Notes: generated by a model from the sequence alone, not told the origin. Numbered from the stretch's first letter, positions 10,845 to 21,979 are shown. The stretch: 64,000 nucleotides of DNA from Raja brachyura (GCA_963514005.1 OY740781.1:23560001-23624000), one strand, 5' to 3'. Numbers and translations are program-made.

Positions 10845-12864
10845 TGTAGATTGGTTATTGCATGTGAACCAATCATAATAGAGTAGCTTCACTAAAACCA
10901 CCTTACTGTATGATTTATATTAACACCCACTTCCTACATTAGGTAGTCTTGGAAGCGGTGATGATGAATTAACAATTCACAACCTGCTGTACCGTTATAC
11001 TATGTGTTACAATTAAAGATGACTTTAAACTCCAGACCTGTGTAACATAATCATTTACATGGTGTCAGAAGTGGGATACGAACCCATGCCTCCAATCGGA
11101 GACCAATTAGCACATTTGAGGAGTCCACTGTGCATACACTCCTTCACACAGCTGGTAAGATTTTGTATCCCTCTGTATCAATGTCAATTAACAACAAGCC
11201 TGTGTAGGCCAAGCTGGATATGGGTGCCCGCGTGAATGTAATGTCTGTGAATGTCTACATGAGATGAAAAATAATGAGACCTTGACTAGAGACCGCTCTA
11301 CCTTAAGTGCTTATGGGGAAGAACTACCTTTAAATGTGTGCTGCAAAACACCACAAGAAATCTGACTTTCTATATCTTAAAATCTGACTCTGTGACTACT
11401 GGGCATCCATATGTGCCAAGACCTAGGGCTAGTCTCCTTCGACCGCTCCGTTCACAAGTTATTAATATCTGAGGACCAGCTCGAATCTGCCCATGAGGAT
11501 GATCCAATTAGCACATATGAGGAGTCCACTGTGCATACACTCCTTCACACAGCCACTGATGGCACTCTTCAGCTACTCTCATCAATAATCAAAAGAGGCT
11601 GGCCAGACAGACAATCCAGCACACCACTGGAGCTTCAGCCATTCTACCTCGTTCGCGATGAGCTGGTAATACAGTTATGGTGTCATGGTTAAAGGCCACA
11701 AAGTCGTGATCCCCTCATCATTACAAGACAAATACTACAAAGAGGCACACAACGGTCACCCAGGTACCAAGGCCACGTTGGCTCACGCACAGAGCATGTT
11801 CTATTGGCCCAGCATGGCCAAATACATACGGGACAGAACAGCCTCCTGTCCCATCTGCAACAGTTTGGCACCACACCAACAGAAACAGCCTCTGCTACAA
11901 CAACCCCAACCAGCACTGCCTAGGACGTCGCTGGCAGCAGACATTTTCGAATGGCACGGTAAACACTACCTAGTCCTGGTCGACTCCTACTCTAACTGGT
12001 TCGAACTCAATTTACTGCCCTCCATCACATCCAAAATGGTCATTCATAAGCTACAGAAACACTTTTCCACATTTGGCGCACCAGTCCGTCTGCAAACTGA
12101 CAAATGAAGACAATTTACCAGTCACATATTCAAACACTTTCCCAACCGATGGAACTTCCACCATGTCACAAGCAGCCCTGAATACCCTCAAAGTAATGGG
12201 CTCGCTGAACGGGCCATCAGGAGCGCAAAACAACTCATGGCTCACTCGTGCCGAAAGGCAGCGCAGCTCATCTTCGATTCTGACATCGGGGAATGATGGA
12301 GGCTATTAGAAATCGACTATGAACACTATATCAACATCGTCCATCGTAATGAACCAGATGCTGTCAAGGCTTCTTTTCTACTAAACCTGGCGGAACCGGC
12401 GGCCCTGTCTAACAACAACACTACCTCTCCCGCATGTTCACCCTATTGGTCGCCTAAAGTGCCCCCAGCTGCTTTCTCCCCTCCGGGGTCACTGCTTCCC
12501 TCCCCCACTAACCTTTCTGGTGCGGAGGGAGAGGGGTTGGTCCATACGCGTTCGGGTCGTATTAGTAGACCTCCTGACGGATACGGCGAATGCGTTTAAA
12601 TTTGCGCGTCTTACATGTGCTTAACTATATCCGCTCTTTACGGGAAGGATGTGGATTGGTTATAGCATGTGAACCAATCATAGTAAAGTGGCATCACTAA
12701 CCCCACCTTACTGTATGCTTTATATTAACACCCACTTCCTACATTAGGTAGTCTTGGAAGCGGTGATGATGAATTAACATCTAACAACCTGCTGTACCGC
12801 TATACTATGTGTTATAATAAAAGATGACTTTAAACTCCAGACCTGTGTAACATAATCATTTACA
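10845..12864 (+). mobile_element. Internally deleted Ty3/Gypsy LTR retrotransposon inserted in an old CR1 fragment
   Basis: Two 215-bp TG...CA LTRs (10845-11059, 12650-12864, about 15 differences); PBS at 11060; purine tract gggaagga before the 3' LTR; protease relic AKLDMGARVNVM; integrase HHCC (AHNGHPG...CPIC) and core (YLVLVDSYSNW...LQTD); no gag/RT seen; possible degenerate 5-bp TSD gacag/gaatg. Confidence 0.93.
11060..11105 (+). other. Extended primer-binding site complementary to the 3' part of tRNA-Leu(CAA), including CCA
   Basis: tggtgtcagaagtgggatacgaacccatgcctccaatcggagacca; reverse complement = 3' anticodon stem, variable arm, T arm, acceptor stem and CCA of vertebrate tRNA-Leu(CAA). 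Confidence 0.9.
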
Positions 12865-13112
12865 GAATGGTACATTGATAGGTAAGGTTTGGACGGATTT
12901 GGGCATAACACATGCAACTAGGATGAGCTTAGATGGGGCATCATGGTTGGCATGTACAAGATGGACCAAAGAGCCTGTATCTGTGCTCTATGTACTTTCT
13001 CTCCCTCCCAGTTCTGACGAAGAGTCCCAGACCTGAAACATTAACAGTTTCTCTTTCCACAGATGCCACCAAACCTGCAGATTTCTTTCCCAGAATTTAC
13101 TGTTTTCATTAT

Positions 13113-14350
13113 GACAGGGGCTATGACAGAAATATTTAAAATGTCATTAGAAACTGGAATAGTCCCCGAGGATTGGCGTACTGCGCATGTTGTTCCATTG
13201 TTTAAAAAGGGTTCTAAAAGTAAACCTAGCAATTATAGACCGGTTAGTTTGACTTCAGTGGTGGGCAAATTAATGGAAAAGATACTTAGAGATAATATAT
13301 ATAAGTATCTGGATAAAGAGGGTCTAATTAGGAACAGTCAACATGGATTTATGCCTGGAAGGTCATGTTTGACTAATCTTCTTGAATTTTTTGAAGAGGT
13401 TACTAGGGAAATTGACGAGGGTAAAGCAGTGGATGTTGTCTATATGGACTTCAGTAAGGCCTTTGACAAGGTTCCTCATGGAAGGTTGGTTAAGAAGGTT
13501 CAACTGTTGGGTATAAATGCAGGAATAGCAAGATGGATTCAACAGTGGCTGAATGGGAGAAGCCAGAGAGTAATGGTGGATGGCTGTTTGTCGGGTTGGA
13601 GGCAGGTGACTAGTGGGGTGCCTCAGGGATCTGTGTTGGGTCCTTTGTTGTTTGTCATGTACATCAATGATCTGGATGAAGGGGTGGTAAATTGGATTAG
13701 TAAGTATGCAGATGATACCAAGATAGGGGGTGTTGTGGATAATGAAGAGGATTTCCAAAGTCTACAGAGTGATTTAGGCCAGTTGGAAAAATGGGCTGAA
13801 AGATGGCAGATGGAGTTTAATGCTGATAAATGTGAGGTGCTACACCTTGGCAGGACAAATCAAAATAGGACGTACATGGTAAACGGTAGGGAATTGAAGA
13901 ATACAGTTGAACAGAGGGATCTGGGAATAACCGTGCATAGTTCCTTGAAGGTAGAATCTCATATAGATAGGGTGGTAAAGAAAGCTTTTGGTATGCTAGC
14001 CTTTATAAATCAGAGCATTGTATAGAAGCTGGGATGTAATGTTAAAATTGGGAAGATTCAAACAAGAGGACATGAGTTTAGAATTAAGAGACAGAGATTT
14101 AGGGGTAACATGAGGGGGAACTTCTTTACTCAGAGAGTGGTAGCGGTGTGGAATGAGCTTCCAGTGGAAGTGGTGGCGGCAGGTTCGTTGGTATCATTTA
14201 AAAATAAATTGGATAGGCATATGGATGAGAAGGGTATGGAGGGTTATGGTATGAGTGCAGGCAGGTGGGACTAAGGGAAAAAAGTTGTTCGGCACGGACT
14301 TGAAGGGCCGAGATGGCCTGTTTCCGTGCTGTAATTGTTATATGGTTATT
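13113..14350 (+). mobile_element. Young CR1 (second subfamily), RT domain with internal deletion plus 3' UTR
   Basis: About 300 aa open RT: NYRPVSLTSVVGK, YMDFSKAFDKVPH, GVPQGSVLGP, KYADDTK; tail gtaattgttatatggtta. Confidence 0.95.
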
Positions 14351-14554
14351 ACATAATTTACAAATTCATTATTAAATTCATTATCTCATGTTGCATTCAC
14401 TTTTTCTTAAAGATCCCTCTTAAAGGTAACGATATTAATTAAGCCTTTTTCTGGTTGTTTCCTTTTTCTGGTTGTTTTCATGTACTGATCTAGAAAAGAT
14501 ATTTCATACACATTTTATGAACTTGTCCACTTTATTACTGCTTATTTGGCTGAG

Positions 14555-14762
14555 ACAATAGGTGCAGGAGTAAGCCATTTGGCCCTTCAAGCCAGCACTG
14601 CCATTCAATATGATCATGGCTGATCATCCACAATCAGTACCCCATTCCTGCCTTCTGACTCTGCTATCTTTAAGAGCTCTATCCAACTCTCTCATGAAAG
14701 CATCCAGAGAATTGGCCTCCACTGCCTTCTGAGGCAGAGAATTCCACAGATTCATAACTCTC
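14555..14762 (-). mobile_element. CR1 3' fragment
   Basis: Reverse complement of the CR1 3' UTR (gacaataggtgcaggagta...ggcagagaattccaca). Confidence 0.85.
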
Positions 14763-14937
14763 CATTGTTCAAATATGCAGATTAGACTTTTCCAAGATTA
14801 TTGAATTACTCTAATTATTTACATCTCTACTTTTCTGATGTCTGTCATGACCAATGGTACAGTTAATATTTGTGGGGGTGTCTATATAAATGTCAGAAGT
14901 GTTTCCTGCCTCTTGCATTTTCCTAGCTCAACTCAAA

Positions 14938-15487
14938 CTGAAGAAGGGTCTCGACCCGAAACGTTACCCATTCCTTCTCTCCAGAGATGCTGCCCGTCCC
15001 GCTGAGTTACTCCAGCATTTTGTGTCTACCTTCAAACTAATTTTAATTCTACATAGGAATATATTGAGCCAAATAATTTCTTACTACAGCACAGATCACA
15101 ACTGTTTTTAATAGCATAGAATGAAATGCTCGGAGAAGGAGAAAGAGGTGCAGCGCACAGGCCTTGAACCTGGTGAGACGCAGGAGGAGCCCTGCCGGGA
15201 GTCACCCCACAGAGCCCAGTCCCTCCATGCACTAGAGTCTCCCAACTCCTGCAGAGTAGTTATTAAGATGGCTGATCCGTGGGCGGTTGCTGCTGGGACG
15301 CAAGTCGGGGCCTGATCAACCCCAACTGGGTCGCCTGGGCGAGGGTGTCTAATGTTGTGAGACCCGAAACACCTGACGACCTCAGGTCACACCACTGAGG
15401 ATGTGTCCCAGCTCATCTAGAAGATGTATTTTTCACACCTCCATTTCCATTGTGCCTTTCTTCCCAAATGTCGTTACCTTGAACATT
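14938..15487 (+). repeat. Left arm of ~550-bp inverted duplication
   Basis: Reverse complement of 17221-17771, about 95% identical in the stretches compared; near-identical 64-aa ORFs at 15121(+) and 17587(-). Confidence 0.95.
15258..15432 (+). mobile_element. 3' end of a HERO-like (restriction-like endonuclease) non-LTR element; second copy at about 17275-17450 (-)
   Basis: IKMADPWAVAAGTQVGA* and the following cctgatcaacccc...gacccgaaacacc...gatgtgtcccag resemble fish HERO C-terminus and 3' UTR (from recollection). Confidence 0.5.
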
Positions 15488-16828
15488 CAGTTCCCATCTT
15501 TGGAACTCCTGCATCCACCTTTCTGTATTGGAAATTAGATAATTTACTTCTATTTAAGTCAATAGTTTGTCTATCTGGTTATTAATGGTGCATGCATTTT
15601 GATGGAGTACATTTAATTTTCCACTTTTAACATTTCCCGTACTTTGACTCAAAAGTTTTGCATCATTGCAATCTCAAATTCTAGAACAATTAGAATGGAC
15701 AGTTTAGATTACATCAAATGTGATTACATCATGTGTGAAAGGTTTTTGTTTTAATTGAAGAAAAGTCTGGAACTTATTATAGACATTCCCATTATTAATA
15801 CATAACCTGCCTTTTTCAAAACAAATGATTGTGTCATAAAAGGCAGCCTTTTAGCTCAATCCAGAAATAAGCTCATGCAATCTTATTTAGTGTTGTTTTC
15901 AATTCAAATGATCAAAGGAAGTTCAACAACAATTTTCTTGTTAATGTAAAACGTTACCAGACATTTTATGATACTCAATTACATTGTCATGCCCAACACA
16001 GCTCTTTTTATAGATTGTATTTTTTCCCCCATATATTCCCATCATGGTGCTGCAATTTTGGAAGGAACGGTTCTTCCATTGATTTGAAAATGAAGTAAAT
16101 TAAATGTAATTAATTGGATGGAGTATATAGAGGTCTTCAGTCTTCCTGGTCTCCTTAGTTTTATAACTGGTGAATACTGTGCAATGATATTAATGGCTTA
16201 TGTATTTTGGCACAATACCAAAGAAGTATTTACACAAAAGCTAATAGTCACAATTCCAAGGACGCTAAATGAATAAACAAGGTGACCTCCATTGGTGAGA
16301 ATGTTGCAGGTGACAAACAGCAGTTTTTTTAACATATTGTTAAAGGCTATATTAGTTTCATTTTAATAGAGATAGTTTTATATAATATATTATCACTTGT
16401 GAATATCAAGGGGTCATGATTATGCAGTTCACGATGCCAAACATTTGTATTAAAATATGTTCAATTGAAAAAAGGAAAAGTGCACTTGAATCATAAGAAA
16501 CATAACTTAAATGTAAAATCATAAATAAGTAGAGTGCTGAATCAATATAAAGCAGGGATTTGACAAGATAAATAGAAATACTGCACTGTACTTCATGCCT
16601 CTAACCCACAATCCCATTGATATTTTACAGTAAAACAATAAGTATGAACCTAAACTTAACAGCTGAAAAATGATTTTGGTGACTTTGATTTTTCTGAATC
16701 ATAATGTGATATGTAGAAGTTGTTAGAAATGAAAATCTCTTTGTATGGTTGCAAACATTGTTCATTTTGTTTTATTTAAAGAAAAATAAATCCACGTTCA
16801 CCTGAACAACACATGAACACATGCTCAC

Positions 16829-16958
16829 CTGTAACTAGTGTATCACCTGGGATGTCCTCTATGATGCATTTTTCCTCTGTTTCCCCCTGATGAAAATAGA
16901 GGGCAAAGGAGAGACTGCAGCTCAAAATGAAAAGAAATCCCTTGACTAGAGCCTTCAT
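16829..16958 (-). CDS. TMED11: TMED11-like exon 1 (signal peptide and GOLD start)
   Basis: gaaATGAAG...ACAG|gtgagc; 130 bp, phase 1; [44 protein letters not shown] matches p24-alpha LYFHxGETExKCxIExIP. Adjacency to SPON2 supports TMED11 over TMED4/9. Confidence 0.92.
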
Positions 16959-17220
16959 TTCAATTTCTGATTCAGTAACATAAGCAAAACACTGTTGAAA
17001 GACACGTCGCACAAAGCCTGTCTACTGATTTAACTGGGGCACTTCAGACCAGCTTTGGGAAGGTTAGGTGAAAATACTCTCACATTGTATAAGAACACCA
17101 CCCAGTGGCAGTTAATATTGGTGATCACTCAATAATATTCTTACAGGAATTGCTGGAAATTTAGTTTTATTTAAAGTTAAACATGTTTGCATGCCTGGTA
17201 TTATTTTGCCAGTTTTGGGA

Positions 17221-17771
17221 AATGTTCAAGGTAACGACATTTGGGAAGAAAGGCACAAAGGAAATGGAGGTGTGAAAAATACATCTTCTAGATGAGCTGG
17301 GACGCATCCTCAGTGATGTGACCTGGGGTCATCGGGTGTTTTGGGTCTCACAACATCAGACACCCTCGCCCAGGCGACCCAGCCGGGGTTGATCAGGCCC
17401 CGACTTGCGTCCCAGCAGCAACCGCCCACGGATCAGCCATCTTAATAACTACTCTGCAGGGGTTGGGAAACTCTAGTTCATGGAGGGACTGGGCTCTGTG
17501 GGGTGACTCCCGGCCGGGCTCCACCTGCATCTCACCAGGTTCAAGGCCTGTGCGCTGCACCTCTTTCTCCTTCTCCGAGCATTTCATTCTATGCTATTAA
17601 AAACAGTTGTGATCTGTGCCGCAGTAAGAAATTATTTGGCTCAATATATTCCTATATAGAATTAAAATCAGTTTGAAGGTAGACACAAAATGCTGGAGTA
17701 ACTCAGCGGGGACAGGCAGCATCTCTGGAGAGAAGGAATGGGTGATGTTTCGGGTCGAGACCCTTCTTCAG
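17221..17771 (-). repeat. Right arm of ~550-bp inverted duplication
   Basis: Reverse complement of 14938-15487. Confidence 0.95.
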
Positions 17772-18102
17772 ACTGATATGAGGGTGGGGGGGGGGGGGGG
17801 AGACGGGAAGAAGAAAGGAGGTGGGGCCAGTGGGCTGAGGGAGAGCTGAGAAGAGGAGGAGAAAGTAAGGACTACCTGAAATTAGAGAAGTCAATGTTCA
17901 TACCGCTGGGGTGCAAACTGCCCAAGCAAAATATGAGGTGCTGCTCCTCCAATTTACGGTGGTCCTCACTCTGGACCAAGGAGGCCGAGGACAGAGAGTT
18001 GAAGGGAAGGGGGAATCATAGAAGGGTGATAGTGAGGGAGGAGGTTATTAAACTGTCTTCGGAGGGAGGAGGAAAACCTCTTCAAAGTATGCATACCTTG
18101 AG
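17772..18102 (-). mobile_element. Penelope-like 3' fragment contiguous with the right inverted-repeat arm
   Basis: Reverse complement of 17870-17975 matches the GIY-YIG end at 9105-9195 (ggaggagcagcacctcatatt...gaacattgacttctctaatttcag). Confidence 0.8.
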
Positions 18103-18174
18103 GTTTTCCTAATATCCTACTCTTTTGTGTGTGCCATGACAATGATTATTAGTATCTATTTAAATGTTTAGTTT

Positions 18175-19288
18175 AGAAACATAGACATAGAAAATAGGTG
18201 CAGGAGTAGGCCATTCGGCCCTTCGAGCCTGCACCGCCATTCAATGTGATCATGGCTGATCATCCAACTCAGTATCCCGTACCTGCCTTCTCTCCATACC
18301 CCCTGATCCCTTTAGCCACAAGTGCCACATCTAACGCCCTCTTAAATATAGCCAATGAACTGGCCTCAACTACCTTCTGTGGCAGAGAATTCCAGAGACT
18401 CACCACTCTCTGTGTAAAGAATGTTTTCCTCATTTCGGTCCTAAAGGAATTCCCCCTTATCCTTAGACTGTGACCCCTTGTTCTGGACTCCCCCAACATC
18501 GGGAACAATCTTCCAGCATCTAGCTTGTCCAACCCCTTAAGAATTTTGTAGGTTTCTATAAGATCCCCCCTCAATCTTCTAAATTCCATCGAGTACAAAC
18601 CGAGTCTATCCAATCTTTCCTCATATGAAAGTCCTGACATCCCAGGAATCAGTCTGGTGAATCTTCTCTGTACCCCCTCTATGGCAAGGATGTCTTTCCT
18701 CAGATTTGGAGACCAAAACTGTACACAGTACTCCAGGTGTGGCCTCACCAAAACCCTGTACAACTGCAGTAGAACCTCCCTGCTCCTATACTCAAATCCT
18801 TTCGCTATGAATGCTAACATACCATTTGCTTTCTTCACTGCCTGCTGCACCTGCATGCCTACTTTCAATGACTGGTGTACCATGACACCCAGGTCTCGTT
18901 GCATCTCCCCCTTACCTAATCTGCCACCATTCAGATAATAGTCTACCCTCATGTTTTTGCCACCAAAGTGGATAACCTCACATTTATCCACATTGTACTG
19001 CATCTGCCATGCATCTGCCCATTCACTCAGCCTATCCAAATCACCCTGCAGCCTCCAAGCATCCTCCTCACACCTAACTATACCCCCTAGCTTGGTATCA
19101 TCTGCAAATTTGGAGATGTTGCATTGAATTCCCTCGTCCAAATCATTAATATATATTGTAAATAGCTGGGGTCCCAGCACTGAGCCTTGCGGCACCCCAC
19201 TAGTCACTGCCTGCCATTCTGAAAAGGACCCGTTTACTCCTACCCTTTGCCTCCTGTCTGCTAGCCAGTTCTCTATCCACATCAATAC
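18175..19288 (-). mobile_element. Young 5'-truncated CR1 with uninterrupted RT C-half, inserted in a SINE tail
   Basis: About 335 aa open: GVPQGSVLGP, KFADDTKLGG, RPHLEYCVQFW...GYGEKAGTGY*; ttagttt tail sequence on both sides. Confidence 0.96.
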
Positions 19289-19295
19289 ACAACAA

Positions 19296-19606
19296 TTAGT
19301 TTTGAGAAATAGCGCAGAAACAGGCCCTTCGGTCCACCTGGTCTGTGTCGACCAGCGATCCCCGCATAATAACACTGTCCTACATACACTAGGGACAATT
19401 TACATTTACACCAAGTCAATTCACCCACATACCTGTACGTCTTTGGAGCGTGGGAGGAAACTGAACATTTCGGAGAAAACCCACGCGGTCACAGTGAGAA
19501 CGTACAAACTCAGTACAGACAGTACCTGTAGTCGGGATCAAACCCAGGTCTTCGGCGCTATATGTGCTGTAAGGCAGCAACTCTACTGCTGCGCCACCAT
19601 GCTGCC
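19296..19606 (-). mobile_element. tRNA-derived SINE
   Basis: Minus-strand head ggcagcatggtggcgcagcagtagag (A box), gggtttgatccc (B box), conserved core, CR1-like 3' end; many homologues in the window. Confidence 0.88.
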
Positions 19607-19996
19607 ATGAGACAACCCATTCCACCATCTGACATCCATGGTTCCACTGTGTTGCTGGACAGTGATGGGTGGGATTGTCTCTTCTTTTAGCCTCCAGAAA
19701 TAGACTAATTTCTATCCCTACTGCCACTCAAATTGAATTAAGCTAACTGAAAATAGACACAAAATGCTGGAGTAACTCAGTGGGACATGCAGCACCTGTG
19801 GGTAGAAGAAATGGGTGACATTTCGGGTCGAGACCCTTCTTGAGACTCAATGTTTGAACCTGGCACCTCTCTTTTAGGCTGACACAATACCACACCAACT
19901 CCTGATTAGACTGCCAGCAAAACACATAGCTCCACACTTCAACTAAGTAGAATAACCGATGAGTGTATTGACCAGATGTCAGATATGGGAATAATT

Positions 19997-20970
19997 TAGA
20001 CAATAGACAATAGGTGCAGGAGAGGGGTGGAAGATTGCAACCTTCACGTGGTCCACCCTGTTTCGACTAATGCAATCAACTCGACGTGCGCAAACGGAAG
20101 ATCAAATAGAACAAGTTGTCCAACAACTTTAGGCTGTGCACGTCACAGGAAAGATGAAGAAGAAGGTGCAGGAGTAGGCAATTCGGCCCTTCGAGCCAGC
20201 GCCGCCATTCATTGTGATCATGGCTGATCATCCCCAATCAGTACCCCATTCCTGCCTTCTCCCCATATCCCCTGACTCCGCTACTTTTAAGAGCCCTCTG
20301 AGGCAGAGAATTCCACAGACTCACCACACACTGTGAGAAAAAGTGTTTCCTCATCTCCGTTCTAAACAGATTACCCCTTATTCTTAAACTGTGGCCCCTG
20401 GTTCTGGACTCCCCCAACACCGGGAACATGTTTCCTGCCTCTATCGTGTCCAAACCCTTAACAATCTTATACGTTTCAATGAGATATCCTCTCATCCTTC
20501 TAAACTCCAGATTCTACAAACCCTGCTGCTCTATTCTCTCAGCATTTGCTCATCCCGCTGTCCCGGGAATTAACCTTGTAAACCTACGCTGCACTCCCTC
20601 ACTAGCCAGAATGTCCTTCCTCAAATTAGGGGACCAAAACTGCACACAATACTCCAGGTGTGGTCTCACTAGGGCTCTGTTCAACTGCAGAAGGACCTCT
20701 TTGCTCCTATATTTGATTCCTCTTGTTATAAAGGCCAACATACCATTCGCTTTCTTCACTGATGCTGTATCTGCATGCTTACTTTCATAGACTGATGTAC
20801 AAGGGCCCCCAGATTCCATTGTACTTCCCCTTTTCCCAACTTGACGCCAATTAGATAGTAATCTGCCTTCCTTTTTGCTACCAAAGTGGATAACTTCACA
20901 TTTATCCGCATTAAACTTAATCTGCCATGCATCTGCCCACTCCCCCAACCTGTCCAAGTCACCCTGCATT
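19997..20970 (-). mobile_element. CR1 3' portion carrying a nested 141-bp insertion
   Basis: MQGDLDRLGEWADAWQ...RPHLEYCVQFWSPNLRKDI; tagacaatagacaatag tail. Confidence 0.92.
20023..20163 (+). mobile_element. 141-bp retroposed element with (GAA)n tail and 11-bp TSD
   Basis: TSD aggtgcaggag at 20012-20022 and 20164-20174; insert ends gatgaagaagaa. Confidence 0.8.
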
Positions 20971-21703
20971 CTGATTTTAAAATGCGGTAACCTTGTAACA
21001 GAGAAAAATGTATAAAAAGGACATGGTTTTCAAATTTATTAGCAATATTCTGGATGAACTGTGCAGTCTGAAGATGGATCCTGACCCTAAACATTGCCTG
21101 CCTATTTCCTTTGCTGATGCTGCCTGACCTGCTGATTCCTTCAGCATTTTCGCTCAAGATGCTAGTATTTGCAGTTTCTTATGTCTTGTTATTGATATTG
21201 TTGTATAATTAACCACATAAAGAAGACTAATCCAAGGCATGTAACTAATTGGATTTTCAAAAAACAGTCTTTTACAAAGTTGCCATGTGAGATTATTACA
21301 CTAAAATTATGAGTTGTATGATCTGAACTAATGTAAGTGCATTGTTTGATCAGCTAATGTACAGAAAGCATAGAGCGGTAACTGAAAGTTGTATGTAGTG
21401 AGTAATTCAAGGATCAGTACTTCAGTTTTAGCTGTTTACAAACCAATAATGTGGATACATTATTCTTATTGTCATCTAAGTTTAATGATGGTACAAAGTT
21501 AGAAAGATAGAAAATCAAGTTAAGTGCCAAACAGGTTACCATTTCTTAAATAAATACTTCTTATTTATTTTCACAGAAGAGGAGGATTGATAGGAGTAGG
21601 ACAAATGCCATTAATGGTAGGATAAGTTGCAGATATGAGCAGAGAGATCGAATATAGAATTTAATTTGTGCAAATGTGAGGTGTTGCTCTTTGGAAGGTC
21701 AAG

Positions 21704-21975
21704 TAACCATATATAACCATATAACAATTACAGCACGGAAACAGGCCTTCTCGGCCCTTCCAGTCCATGCCGACCATTCATTTTCCCCTAGTCCCATCTA
21801 CCTGCACTCAGACCATACCCCTCCATTCCCTTCCCGTCCATATACCTATCCACTTTACTTTTAAATGTTAAAATCGATCCTGCCTCCACCACTTCTGCAG
21901 GAAGATCATTCCACACAGCCACCACTCTCGGAGTAAAGAAGTTCCCCCTCATGTTACCCCTAAACTTCTGTCCCA
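21704..21975 (-). mobile_element. CR1 3' end (second subfamily)
   Basis: GQKFRGNMRGNFFTPRVVAVWNDLP; taaccatatataaccatataacaattac tail. Confidence 0.9.
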
Positions 21976-21979
21976 AATG

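Noticed and set aside
11060-11105. tRNA-Leu gene on the minus strand
   Set aside because: Only the 3' part is present, it includes encoded CCA, and it abuts an LTR; this is a PBS.
13063-14025. 320-aa RT ORF (and the 368-aa ORF at 18269-19375) as host genes or a novel RT system
   Set aside because: 5'-truncated CR1 ORF2 pieces with chimeric starts and typical CR1 3' tails.
15121-15315. 64-aa ORF present twice (also 17393-17587) as a possible small gene pair
   Set aside because: Explained by the recent inverted duplication; the C-terminus looks retroelement-derived and no gene structure is evident.
15488-17220. Idea that the exon-1 spacer is already inverted relative to the ancestor
   Set aside because: Exon 1 is co-oriented with exons 2-4, and the paralogous copy at 22737-23653 is collinear with the present orientation.
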